The notes: generated from the sequence alone by a model not told the origin. Numbered from the whole stretch's first letter, positions 1-12,352 are shown. The stretch is DNA of 63,534 nucleotides, filler included, from Chiloscyllium plagiosum (GCF_004010195.1; 4 parts of one record of this genome joined end to end with filler, not necessarily neighbours in it), one strand, 5' to 3'. A program made the numbers and translations.

Positions 1-786
1 GACACAGCTTCCCCAACACTATGTACACATTACCCCAGACACTCCCTCCCCAACACTCTGTACACTGTACCCCAGACACTCCCTCCCTAACACCCTGTAC
101 ACTGTAACCCAGACACAGCCTCCCCAACACTGTGTACACAGTACCCCAGACACAGCCTCCCCAACACTCTGTACACTGTACCCCAGACACTCCCTCCCTA
201 ACACCCTGTACACTGTAACCCAGACACAGCCTCCCCAACACTGTGTACACAGTACCCCAGATGCAGTCTCCCCTACACCTTGAACACAGTACCCCAGACA
301 CAGCCTCCCCAACACTATGTACACAGTACCCCAGACACTCCCTCCCCAACACTCTGTACACTGTAACCCAGACACAGCCTCCCCAACACTGTGTACACAG
401 TACCCCAGACACTCCCTCCCCAACACTCTGTACACTGTAACCCAGACACAGCCTCCCCAACACTGTGTACACAGTACCCCAGATGCAGTCTCCCCTACAC
501 CTTGAACACAGTACCCCAGGCACAGCCTCCCCAACACCGTGTACACAGTAACCCAGACGCAGTCTCCCCAACACCCTGTACACAGTACCTCAGACACATC
601 CTCCCCAACACCCTGTACACAGTACCCCAGACACATCCTCCCTAACACCCTGTACACAGTACTCCTGACACAGTCTCCCCAATACCCTGTACACTGAACC
701 CCAGACATAGCTTCCCCAACACCCTGTACACTGTACCCCAGGCACATCCTCCCCAACGCTCTGTACACTGTACCATAGACACAGCC
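1..786. repeat. 37-bp minisatellite (about 21 copies, truncated by window start)
   Basis: Unit approx. GACACAGCCTCCCCAACACTGTGTACACAGTACCCCA read directly; variant units recur in higher-order blocks. Confidence 0.92.
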
Positions 787-834
787 TCCTGGTCTGAGGG
801 GGGTACCTGTTTGATGTGCACCATGTTTTGAAGG

Positions 835-1175
835 GTAGGACCATGGTGGTGAGAGATAAGCCATTGCCCTTGGGAGAGGGTCAATAACCAGGGAATGCTG
901 TCTTGAGGTTAGGAGCAGGAGTTTTAGGAGGGACTTAAGACAATATTTTTTCACCCAGATGATTGCGGGTATCTGGAACTCTCTGCCTGAATTAGTGGGA
1001 GAGGTGGGATCTCTCGAAATGTTGAAGAAGTATTTTGATACCTTGAAATGCCTTTGCACAGAAGGCTGTGGGTTCAATACTAGGAACTGAGACTTGAACT
1101 GATGACTGCTTGGTTGTCATGGACATGATGGGCTGCAGCGTCTCTTCCTGTGTTGTTAAAATTCTCTGACTCTGT
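835..1175 (+). mobile_element. Degenerate CR1 LINE 3' end
   Basis: ttttttcacccag...ctggaactctctgcctg (FFTQ..WNSLP-like) followed by CR1-type 3' UTR. Confidence 0.65.
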
Positions 1176-1453
1176 GATTTTTACCTCCAATCCTGATCTG
1201 TAACCTCTCCAGCCAAACTGTTCCAGTCCAGTTTCTCGCATTACCCAACAATGTGGATTCTCCTGCTCCTCAGATGCTGACCTGCTTTGCTCAAATGTGG
1301 AAAATTGCCCAGGTAGGTCCTGTACATAAAAAGCAGGACAAATCCAACCCGGCCAGTTACCGCCCCTTCTGTCTACTCTCGACCGTCAGTGAAGTGATGG
1401 AAGGTGCCACCAACAGGGCTATCAAGCAGCACCTGCTCAGCAATAACCTCAGT

Positions 1454-1785
1454 GGGCGGCACGGTGGCACAGTGGTTAGCACTGCTGCCTCACAGCGCCA
1501 GAGACCTGGGTTCAATTCCCGACTCAGGCGACTGACTGTGTGGAGTTTGCACATTCTCCCCGTGTCTGCGTGGGTTTCCTCCGGGTGCTCCGGTCTCCTC
1601 CCACAGTCCAAAGATGTGCAGGTCAGGTGAATTGGCCATGCTAAATTGCCCGTAGTGTTAGGTAAGGAGTAAATGTAGGGGTATGGGTGGGTTGCGCTTC
1701 GGCGGGTCGGTGTGGACTTGTTGGGCCGAAGGGCCTGTTTCCACACTGTAAAGTAATCTAAAGTAATCTAATCTAAAAAATCTAA
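1454..1785 (+). mobile_element. HE1-type V-SINE (tRNA-derived), full length
   Basis: A/B-box head GGGCGGCACGGTGGCACAGTGGTTAGCAC...GGTTCAATTCC, V-core TGTGTGGAGTTTGCACATTCTCCCCGTG, (AATCT)n tail. Confidence 0.92.
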
Positions 1786-2171
1786 ACCTGCTCAGTGACT
1801 CCCAGTTTGGGATCCTCCAGGGTCACTCCGTTCCTGACCTCATTCCAGCCTTAGGTCAAACATGGACAAAAGAGCTGAATTCCAGAGGGGAGGGGAGAGG
1901 GACAGCCCTTGACGTCAAGGCTGTATTCAACCGAGTGTGGCATCACGGAGCCCTGGCAAATCTGGAATCAGTGGGTGTCGGGGGGGGAAACTCTCTGCTG
2001 GTTGGAGTCATACCTGGCACATAGGAAGATGGTTGTGGTTGTTAGAAGTCAGTCCTCTCAGCTCCAGGACATCTCGGTAAGTGTTCCTCAGGATAGTGTC
2101 TTCGGCCCAAACATCATCAATAACCTTCCCTCAATCATAAGGTCAGTAGTGGGATGCTTTCTATGGAATGC

Positions 2172-2389
2172 GGGAGTGTGGTGCTGGAAAAGCACAGCAG
2201 GTCAGGCAGCATCCGAGGAGCAGGAAAATCGACGTTTCGGGCATAAGGCCTCATCAGGGATTCCTGATGAAGGGCTTATGCCCGAAACATTGACTCTCCT
2301 GCCCCTCGGATGCTGCCTGACCGGCTGTGCTTTTCCAGCACCACACACTCGACTCTGATCTCCAGCATCTTCAGTCCTCACCTTCCTGT
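2172..2389. mobile_element. Penelope-like terminal-repeat fragment, head-to-head inverted pair with two hammerhead-like cores
   Basis: Arms are reverse complements around about 2260; CTGATGA..GAAA on both strands; flanked by TGGAATGC duplication (2164-2171 / 2390-2397). Confidence 0.8.
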
Positions 2390-2479
2390 TGGAATGCACA
2401 ATGTTCAGTACCATTCATGACTCCTTCGATACTAAGGTGGTAGATGTTCAAATGCAGCAAGACCTGGACAATACACAGA

Positions 2480-3260
2480 GAAATGCCTCGCAAATTTGCT
2501 AGAATTCTTTGAGGGGGTAACAAGCAGGAGAGATAAAAGGGACCCAGTAGTTGTAATATATTTGGATTTTCAGAAAGCATTTGGTATGGGGCCACACATT
2601 AGGGTACTCAAGGAGATAAGAGCCCATGGTGTTGGAGGTAGTTGTATTAGAATAGATAGAGGATTGGCTGACCAATAGCAGACAGAGAGTTGAGTTAAAC
2701 TGTAGCTAGCGGAGTACCGCAGGGATCATTGCTGGGACCACAAATATTGACAATCAGTGAGGAAAGTGAATGTACAATAGCCGTTTGTACAAAAAATAGA
2801 TGGAAAGGTAGTTGATAAGGATGACACAAAGTGTTTGCAGAGAGATACAGACAGCTTCAATTGTCAGAGGCGAGTCAGAGGCGACTTAATTGAAATATAG
2901 CAGACCCTGAGAGGACCTGTCTGGGTGGACGGGGAAAGGATGTTTCCCCCCGTGGGAGAATCTAGAACGAGGGGGTCAGAGTTGGAACATAAAGGGTTAG
3001 TTATTTAGGACAAAGATGAGGGAATATGTTTCTCTCAGAGGGTTGTGAATCTTTGGAATTCCCTTCCTCGCAAGGCACTGGATGTAAAACCTTTAAATAT
3101 TTTGAAGGCAGAGGGAGGGAGAGTCTTAGTGGCTGAGGGGATGGAAGATTATCGGGGATGGGCAAGAATGTAGAGCTGAGGGTAAAATCAGATCAGCTGC
3201 GAGCGTGTTGAATGGGGCAGCAGGCTCAAACAGTCGAATGGCCACCACAGGTTTGTGTGT
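2480..3260 (+). mobile_element. Degenerate, internally deleted CR1 LINE (RT to 3' UTR)
   Basis: LEFFEGVT...VIYLDFQKAF motif, then 3' coding remnant and UTR. Confidence 0.8.
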
Positions 3261-4197
3261 TTGGTGGAGCTAAGCTGCCTTTCTGTTTTGTGTTGTCCTC
3301 GGTTGTGTGTGCAAGATGGGGAGCAGCTGCTTAGTTAACCATGCGTGAGTGTCTGCTGCCAATGCAGGAAGGTCTCTGTTCCTGGACGGACTGTCTTGGC
3401 TGTATTCTACAGTGCATGTGTCTCCAGTGTGAGCTGAACAACTGGGGATACAGCCCTGTGGGAATAACAACCAGGAACACAGCCAACGCCTCATCCTCTC
3501 TCGGATTCCCTGCAACACCCCGGTCTCAATACGCAAGGGGCTTCAGAGTTCAGGCTGCTGCCCGGTGATGACAGGGAGGAATGTTTAAAGCAATATCAGA
3601 ATCTTATTTTATGAACTTCGAGATGTTCTGAAATATTTCACGCTGAGAAAGGTCCTTGCTACACATGAGCTCAGCTAGTTGGCGATTTGGTTTGCAATGG
3701 AGCCAACAGCATGGGTTAAGTTCCCATCTTGGTTGAGGTCACGATGGACGTCTCATCTGAGGTGTGCTGACAGTCAGATGGAGTGTCTGTGTGTGGGGTG
3801 TGAATGTCTATGTGTGTGTGTGTTTCTGTGGGTGTGCACGCATCTGTGTGTGTCCATGTGTACATATCTCTCTTCAATGAGACTGTAGACAATTTGCACC
3901 AGTGACTGAGATGAGGGGAGCAGAGTGGGGAGATGTAGGAAGATGTTCCCAATGGCCCAAGAGAGCCCAGGACCCTGGTGTCAAAGGACAACGGTGCACG
4001 GTAGGCCATTTCGACTGACAGGAGGAGAAATATCTTCACCCAGAGTTTTAGGGAAAATATTTCCCAGTTCACCCAAGATAAATCCCAAGCCTTTCTTTGG
4101 AAATTGGATTGGCAAGCTTCATATCTACTGAGAGGGAAAAGGAATGAGGGGAGTTGGGGAGCTAATCAGTTACATTTTCCATTTGAGAGATGTAATT

Positions 4198-7100
4198 GAC
4201 AATGCGGCGCTCCCTCAGCACTGACCCTCCGACAGTGTGGCACTGCCACAGCACTGACCCTCCGACAGTGTGGCACTGCCACAGCACTGACCCTCCGACA
4301 GTGCTGTGCTCCCTCAGCACTGNNNNNNNNNNNNTGCGGCGCTCCCTCAGCACTGACCCTCCGACAGTGTGGCACTGCCACAGCACTGACCCTCCGATAG
4401 TGCGGTGCTCCCTCAACATTGACCCTCCTACAGCGCGGGGGTCCTCAACATTGACCCTCCTACAGTGCGGTGCTCCCTCAGCACTGACTCTCTGACAGTG
4501 CGGCACTCCCTCAGCACTGACTCTCTGACAGTGCGGCACTCCCTCAGCACTGACCCTCCGACAGTGCGGCACTCCCTCAGCACTGACCCTCCGACAGTGA
4601 GGCACTCCCTTAGCACTGACCCTCCCACAGCACTGACCCTCCGACAGTGCGGCGTTTCCTCAGCACTGACTCTCCGACAGTGAGGCCTCCCTCAGCACTG
4701 ACCCTCCGACAGTGAGGCACTCCCTTAGCACTGACCCCCCGACAGTGAGGCACTCCCTTAGCACTGAACCTCCCACAGCACTGACCCTCCGACAGTGCGG
4801 CGTTTCCTCAGCACTGACCCTCCGACAGTGCGGCACTCCCTCAGCACTGACCCTCCGACAGTGCGGTGCGCACTCAACACTGACCCTCCGACAGTGCGGC
4901 ACTCCCTCAGCACTGACCCTCCGACAGTGCGGTGCGCACTCAACACTGACCCTCCGACAGTGTTGCACTCCCTCAGCACTGACCCTCCTGCAGTCCTGCG
5001 CTCCCTCAGCACTGACTCTCCTACATTGCGGCCCTCCCTCAGCACTGACCTTCCTATAGTGCGGCACTCCCTCAGCATTGACCCTCCCACAGCACTGACC
5101 CTCCGACAGTGTGGCTCTCACTCAGCACTGACCCTCCGACAGTGCGGCACTCCCTCAGCACTGACCCTCTAACAGTGCGGCACTACCTCAGCACTGACCC
5201 TCCCACAGCACTGACCCTCCGACAGTGCGGCGCTCCCTCAGCCCTGACCCTCCGACAGTGCGGCACGCCCTCAGCACTGACCCTCCGACAGTGCGGTGCT
5301 CCCTCAGCACTGACCCTCCCACAGCACTGACCCTCCGACAGTGTGGCACTCCCTCAGTGCTGACCCTCTGACAGTGCAGCACTCTTTCGGTGCTGACCCT
5401 CTGACAGTGCTGCACTCCCTCAGCTCTGACCCTCCGACAGTCCGGCTTCCCTCAGTAATGACCCTCCGACAGTGCGGCACTCCCTCAGTGCTGACCCTCG
5501 GACAGTGCGGCACTCCCTCAGCACTGACCCTCCGACAGTGTGGCACTCCCCCAGCACTGACCCTTGGACAGTGCGGCACTTCCCCAGCTCTGACCCTCCG
5601 ACAGTGCAGCACTCCCTCAGCACTGACCCTCTGACAGTGTGGCACTCCCTCAGCACTGACCCTCTGACAGTGCGGCGCTGCCTCAGCACTGACTCTCCTA
5701 CAGTGTAGCCCTCCCTCAGCACTGACCCTCCTACAGTGCGGCCCTCCATCAGCACTGACCCTCCTACAGTGCGGCACTCCCTCAGCACTGACCCTCCGAC
5801 AGTGCGGCACTCCCTTAGCACTGACCCTCCGACAGTGCGGCACTCCCTCGGTGCTGACCCTCTGACAGTGCAGCACTCCCTCAGCACTGACCCTCCCACA
5901 GCACTGACCCTCCGATAGTGTGGCACTCCCTCGGTGCTGACCCTCTGATAGTGCAGCACTCTTTCGGTGCTGACCCTCCGACAGTGTGGCACTCCCTCGG
6001 TGCTGACCCTCTGATAGTGCAGCACTCCCTCAGCTCTGACCCTCTGACAGTGTAGCAGTCCCTCAGCACTGACCCTCCGACAGTGTGGCACTCCCTCGGT
6101 GCTGACCCTCTAACAGTGCGGCCCTCCGTCAGCACTGACCCTCTGACAGTGCGGCACTCCCTCAGCACTGACTCTCCGACAGTGCGGCACTCCCCCAGCA
6201 CTGACCCTCCGACAATGCGGCACTCCCCCAGCACCGACCCTCCGACAGTGCGGCACTCCCTCAGCACTACCCTCCGACAGTGTGGCACTCCCTCAGCACT
6301 GACCCTCCGACAGTGCGGCACTCCCTCAGCACTGACCCTCCGACAGTGCGGCTCTCCCTCAGCCCTGACCCTCCGACAGTGCAGCGCTACCTCAGCACTG
6401 ACCCTCCGACAGTGCGGCGCTACCTCAGCACTGACACTCCCTCAGCCCTGACCCTCCGACAGTGCGGCACTCCCTCAGCAGTGACCCTCCGACAGTGCAG
6501 CGCTACCTCAGCACTGACCCTCCGACAGTGCGGCACTCCCTCAGCAGTGACCCTCCGACAGTGCGGCACTCCCTCAGCACTGACCCTCCCACAGCATTGA
6601 CCCTCCGACAGTGCGGCACTCCCTCGGTGCTGACCCTCTGACAGTGCAGCACACTTTCGGTGCTGACCCTCTGACAGTGCGGCACTCCCTCAGCTCTGAC
6701 CCTCTGACAGTGCAGCAGTCCCTCAGTAATGACCCTCCGACAGTGCGGCACTCCCTCAGTGCTGACCCTCGGACAGTGCGGCACTCCCTCAGCACTGACC
6801 CTCCAACAGTGCGGCACTACTTCAGCACTGACACTCCCTCAGCCCTGACCCTCCGACAGTGCGGCACTCCCTTAGCACTGACCCTCCGACAGTGCGGCAC
6901 TCCCTTGGTGCTGACCCTCTGACAGTGCAGCACTCCCTCAGCACTGACCCTCCCACAGCACTGACCCTCCGACAGTGTGGCACTCCCTCAGCACTGACCC
7001 TCCCACAGCACTGACCCTCCGACAGTGCGGCATTTCCTCGGTGCTGACCCTCTGATAGTGCAGCACTCTTTCGGTGCTGACCCTCTGACAGTGCAGCACT

Positions 7101-7525
7101 CCCTCAGCACTGACCCTCTGACAGTGCAGCAGTCCCTCAGCACTGACCCTCCACAGTGCGGCACTCCCTCGGTGCTGACCCTCTGACAGTGCGGCCCTCC
7201 CTCGGTGCTGACCCTCTGACAGTGCGGCCCTCCCTCGGTGCTGACCCTCTGACAGTGCGGCCCTCCCTCGGTGCTGACCCTCTGACAGTGTGGCCTTCCC
7301 TCGGTGCTGACCCTCTGACAGTGCGGCCTTCCCTCGGTGCTGACCCTCTGACAGTGTGGCCCTCCCTCGGTGCTGACCCTCTGACAGTGCGGCCCTCCCT
7401 CGGTGCTGACCCGCTGACAGTGCGGCCCTCCCTCGGTGCTGACCCTCTGACAGTGCGGCCCTCCCTCGGTGCTGACCCTCTGACAGTGCGGCCCTCCCTC
7501 GGTGCTGACCCTCTGACAGTGCTGG
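4198..7525. repeat. 33-bp minisatellite, about 3.3 kb, with interspersed 17-nt short units
   Basis: Unit CAGCACTGACCCTCCGACAGTGCGGCACTCCCT; homogeneous variant CGGTGCTGACCCTCTGACAGTGCGGCCCTCCCT at about 7160-7520; 12-nt N gap at 4323-4334. Confidence 0.95.
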
Positions 7526-8460
7526 GACAGGGTGTGTCAGTGTTGATTACATACAGGTTCCTGCGAGACTCCTTTCAGAGAGCGGGCGAAATCTGGTGAG
7601 AGTGTGGGTTCCTGCTTTGTTTGCTTTGCCCTGGCTCCTGTCAGCTGGGAGAGTAGGTGGTTGCTGTGAATTACCCAGTTCTCTTTCAAAGCTGTGATAT
7701 CTAATGAGGCTTGATGAAGGGGAATAAATAAGTGCAGTCTGTTGAGAGTTGAGGTAGCATGTCAGGGTATCAGTGATTGCAAAGGCTCAGTGAGTGCTTG
7801 GGAGTGCTGCAATTCATCGCCCTTCTCTGTTCAACATCACTCTCTTGATATGCATCTTTAAAAGCACTCCTGGTAATGGGGGGGGGGCTGTGGTGTTTGT
7901 TGGAGAACATTAGCATATGGCTGTCATGGTAACCAATCGTTCATTACCTCACTGGGAAAATATATTCCCGAGAGTTTTGTTCAACAGGAAAGCAATGGAG
8001 CATTCCCATTTCGGTTGTGCCTTTGCATTGAATCAAGCTGCCTTACAGCACGTGGAAAAGGCCATTCAGCCCATTCTCATCCCAGTTCCCAGCCCCCGGA
8101 CAGTATCTTTGCAGGTTCCAGAACTTCGGAGACAGATCCGGGTTCCTTTTCAATGAGTTTCCCCGTCAGTCCCCAAACCGGGCAGAGAACTTCAGACACC
8201 CACTACCCTCTGGGTGAAGAGGTATTTCCTCATGTCCCCTCTAACCCTTCGCCAACCGCATTAACTCCATGTCCCTGCTCTCTGATCTCTCCCCTGAAGG
8301 ACACAAGTCCTCCCCACCCACTCCATCCAAGCCTTTCATCGTTTTGCAAACCTCGATAGTCTTTCAGCCTCCATGGTTCAATTCAAACAACCCCGCCAAT
8401 CTTTTCTCATTGCTCCAATTTTCAATCTCTGACAGCATACTTGTAAATCTCCTCTGTACA

Positions 8461-8650
8461 CCCCTCTCTCTGTGTGTGTGTCTCTCTCTCTCTCCCCCAT
8501 CTCTCTCTCTCTCTCACTCTCTCTATCTCTATCTCGCTATCTGTCTTGCTTCTCTGTCTCTATGTCTCTCTCTCTCTGTCTCACCCTCTCTCTACCTCTC
8601 TCTCTCTATCTCTTACTCTCGCTCTGTATCTCTATATCTCTATCTATCTA

Positions 8651-8680
<30 letters not shown>
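8461..8680. repeat. Imperfect (CT)n microsatellite inside a minus-strand CR1 remnant
   Basis: CT/CTAT runs read directly. Confidence 0.9.
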
Positions 8681-8681
<1 letters not shown>

Positions 8682-8744
8682 AAATGTCCTTCTGATGTTG
8701 TCACCAGAATTGAGCATACACCTGTGGTCTATCCCCTATCTTGT

Positions 8745-8870
8745 ATATGATGTGGAGGTGCCGGTGTTGGACTAGGGTGGACAAGGTCAGAGGGCCCACG
8801 ATACCAGGGTATAGTCCAACAGGTTTATTTGAAACCACAAGCTTTCAGAGTTGATCCTTTGTCAGGTGTA
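8745..8870 (-). mobile_element. Penelope-like terminal-repeat fragment, family 2
   Basis: ggtgttggact..ggtggacaaggtcaga...tagtccaacaggtttatttgaaa..caagctttc; same family recurs at 17558, 43687 and 52590. Confidence 0.65.
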
Positions 8871-8962
8871 AAACTATAACATCAGTAGAAAACCATCAAA
8901 TCTACCTTCTTCACTGCCTTATCTACCAGTCCAGCCACCATCACAGAACTGTCGACCTCCAT

Positions 8963-9457
8963 CCGAGAGCCATATAGACGTCCACTCCGAGAGCCATATA
9001 GACGTCCACTCCGAGAGCCATATAGACGTCCACTCATAGAGCTGTATACACGTCCACTCAGAGAGACGTATAGACGTCCACTTGGAGAGCCATATAGACA
9101 TCCACTCAGAGAGCCGTATACATGTCCACTCAGAGAGCCATAAAGACGTCCACTCAGAGAGCCATATAGACGTCCACTCCGAGAGTCATATAGACGTCCA
9201 CTCAGAGAGCCATATAGACGTCCACTCCGAGAGTCGTATAGACGTCCACTCAGAGACCCATATAGACGTCCACTCAGAGAGCCATATGGACATCCACTCA
9301 GAGAGCCATATAGACGTCCACTCAGAGAGCCGTATAGATGTCCATTCAGAGAGCCGTATAGACGTCCACTCAGAGAGCCGTATAGATGTCCACTCAGAGA
9401 GCCGTATAGACGTCCACTCAGAGAGCCGTATAGACGTCCACTCAGAGAGCCGTATAG
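8963..9457. repeat. 24-bp minisatellite (about 20 copies)
   Basis: Unit GAGAGCCATATAGACGTCCACTCA/C read directly. Confidence 0.93.
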
Positions 9458-9954
9458 TACAGACAAAGCCCTTTGGCTCAGCATGTCTATATCACCAAAG
9501 TTACAGTAAATCTACACCAGTCCCACTTGCCAGCACTTGCTCCATAGCCTTGGATGTATATCACTTCAGGTGCTCATTCAAGTACGTTTTAAAGGCTGTG
9601 AGATTCCCTGCCTCCCCTACCCTCCCAGGCATCACATCCAAGACCCCACCACCCTCTGGATTCCTCAAATCCCCCTTCCCCAAACCTCCCACCCTTCATC
9701 ATGCTATTGTGCCCTCTCGATACTAACCCTTCAACTACAGGGGACAGCTGCTTCCACAGCTCACTGTCCAAGCCCCTCATTTCCTTACACATCTTTATTA
9801 GGTCACCCGTGAATGTTCTCTGCTCCAACGTTGCTGACTTTCTCCCCTCCTCACAAGGATTGGTGCTGCGTCCACAACTTTTCGTCATTTAAATACATGA
9901 TTTGGATATGAGCATAAGTAGTATAGTTATTAAGATTGCAGATGACACCAAAAT

Positions 9955-10315
9955 GGAAACAGCATGGAAACAGACCCTTCAGTCCAACCCGTCCATGCCG
10001 TCCAGATACCCCAACCCAATCTAGTCCCACCTGCCAGCAGCCGGCCCATATCCCTCCAAACCCTTCCTATTCATATACCCATCCAAATGCCTCTTAAATG
10101 TTGTAATTGTACCAGCCTCCACCACATCCTCCGGCAGCTCATTCCATACATGTACCACTCTCTGCGTGAAAAAGTTGCCCCTTAGGTCTCATTTATATCT
10201 TTCCCCTCTCACCCTAAACCTATGCCCTCTAGTTCTGGACTCCCCCACCCCAGGGAAGAGACTTTGCCTATTTATCCTATCCATGCCCCTCATGATTTTG
10301 TAAACCTCTGTAAGG
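9955..10315 (-). mobile_element. CR1 (HER1-like) LINE 3' end
   Basis: Minus strand reads LTEVYKIMRGMDRINRQSLFPGVGESRTRGHRFRVRGERYK, then 3' UTR. Confidence 0.9.
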
Positions 10316-10699
10316 TAACTGTGCAGGTTCTCTCTCTCTCCTGCACTGACCTCACCACGTGCTTCCTTTGTCACCACGTGCTTCTCCCTTTTAAAACTGC
10401 TGTTGTATTGATTTTTTTTTTCCCAAAGTTCCAAAACAATGCAACAGCGTATAAAACAGTAATTGCTGCTCCTGGGATTCGAGGAAATCACCTCCAACAC
10501 CTAAAATAACTCAAAAAAAAACAGAGCAGCCCTTACAGCCAGAAATTGTTCCCGCCCTCCATCTTGAATTATCTCACTCTATCTCCTTACAGACAGCATG
10601 TTCTCTAATATAACAAGGCAATCTGACAGCTTGGCTCTCTGTCCCAATACCCAGGGAATGCATTGGTTCAAGGAGGTATCTCACCTCCACCTTCACCAG

Positions 10700-11740
10700 G
10701 GAATACAGTGAACCGTTTTGGGCCTCTTATTTGATGGGAAATATACTGACATTGGAGGAAGTCCAGAGAAGGCTGTGACTGGATGTAGAGGAGGGACTGT
10801 CTTATGAAGAAATGTCGAGTAGGTTGGACCTGTACTGGTTGGAATTTAAGAGAGTGAGAGGTGATCTTATTGAAACACTTACAATTCTTTGAGTACTTGA
10901 CAAGGTAGATGCTGAGAGCTTGTTTCCCCTTGTTAGAGAGTCTGGCACCAGAGAATTCATCCCAGAATAAGGGGTCAATGATTTAAGAGTTATAAGGAGA
11001 TTTCAAAGTTTGTGCGAAGATTTGTAGCTCGGGTGCTCGTTGTTGTTAGCCAGGGGACGAAACGTTTGCAACAAAAACTTCCAGCTCGGCGAACAGAACC
11101 ACAGCAGTTATAAGGAGAGGCTGGATAGGCTGGTACCTTTCTCCCTGGAGCATAGGAGACTGAGGAGTGACCTTTGAAGAGGTCTATAATATCATGAGGA
11201 GCATGGACAAGGCAGATAGCCAACAGCTTTTCCCCATGATAGGGGGATCTAAAACTAGAGGGCACTGGTTTAAGGTGAGAGGGGAGAGATACAAAAGGGT
11301 CCAGAGAGGCAAAGTTTTTCACATGGAAGGTGGGTGAGTCTCTGGAATGGGCTACCAGAGGGAGTAGCGAGGCAAGTGCAATTTTGTCATTGAAGAAACA
11401 CTTAGACAGGTATGTGGATGGGATTGGCATGGAGGGATCCAGACCAAATTTAGGCTAACGGGACTGGTTTAATTTTGGAAACTGGTCAGCATGGACAAGT
11501 TGGGCTGAAGGGCCTGTTTCCACGCTGTAAACCTGTGTGACTCTATGACAAAGGGGAGGAGGAATTTCTTCTCTCAGAGGGGAGTGAATCTGTGGAATTC
11601 CTTACCACAGAGGGCTAGGTCATTGAATATATTCAAGGCTGAGATACAGTTTTAATCAGGAAGGTTTATGAGGAAATAGATAGAGGAGCAAAGTTGAGGG
11701 TTGTCAGCTCAGCCGTGAACTGACTGAGTGGAGAATCAGC
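10700..11740 (+). mobile_element. Nested CR1 3' fragments (older copy split by a younger copy at about 10988-11550)
   Basis: Two CR1 C-terminal/3' UTR segments in register; a PLE fragment sits inside. Confidence 0.8.
11001..11105. mobile_element. Penelope-like terminal fragment, family 3, with 13-bp TSD
   Basis: ggggacGAAAcgtttgcaac...cagctcggcgaacagaacc (3' half of a hammerhead-like motif; compare 59490-59560); AGTTATAAGGAGA at 10988-11000 and 11106-11118. Confidence 0.7.
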
Positions 11741-12352
11741 TGAGGAGCTCAGTGTGAGGGCTGGAGATGTGAGCAGGAACTTCAGCTGGAAACTGTCAGC
11801 AATTGTCGGAAAACCCCTCCTGGCTCATTAATCCCCTTCACGTCCTGACCCAGTCTGGTCTGGATGGGACTCCAGACTCTCAGCAAGTTGTCCTCTAAAA
11901 TGGGTGACTGTGTCCCTCAGCGTAACAGACATCAGAGAAGCCAGGTGGACTGGGATGGATTGAAAGGAGGTTCCCAACTACCTCCCAATGCTGACCTGGA
12001 TCCTGTGTGTTACTGAGAGCATCGGTCAGCATTGAGTATCTGTGAGGACAGTCTGGAATGTACTTTGTGCTAAACTAAACCCGAACTTGCCCGCACGAGC
12101 TGCCCAGGGGGTAAATAGCAGGGAACTACCCCCTGCACGTACAGGAGCTGACCTCTCAGGCTGACCTGGGGCTTGAGAAATGTTTTAGCCATGATCAAAT
12201 GGCAGAGCAGGTTTGATGGGCCAAATGGCCTAATTCTGCTCCTATATCTGCCAGAGCAGAATGGGAGGGAATGGTGTCAATGGGGAGCAGCCCAATTCGA
12301 TAAATGAAGGTAGTTTGCAATGTTCTGGTAAGTTGTGACTGGGCCTCAGTTT

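Larger units (their letters stand above)
1240..2480 (+). mobile_element. LINE family B (CR1/L2-group) RT fragment, interrupted by an HE1 SINE and a PLE inverted pair
   Basis: Translates to WKIAQV.PVHKKQDKSNPASYRP..LLS..S.VME, and ..SVPQDSVFGP downstream, i.e. RT-domain motifs of non-LTR elements. Confidence 0.85.

Noticed and set aside
19..1077. 352-aa Cys/Gly/Val-rich minus-strand ORF
   Set aside because: Read-through of the 37-bp minisatellite plus antisense CR1; no domain or splice support.
1454..1530. tRNA-like A/B boxes, here and at other SINE heads, as tRNA genes
   Set aside because: They continue into SINE core and tail sequence and lack a complete cloverleaf.
4162..7599. Many overlapping repetitive ORFs, and a superficially CRISPR-like periodic array
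   Set aside because: 33-bp unit is a multiple of three; units are contiguous with no unique spacers; vertebrate context and no cas genes.
8882..9726. 200-aa and 214-aa octapeptide-repeat ORFs on both strands
   Set aside because: By-product of the 24-bp minisatellite.
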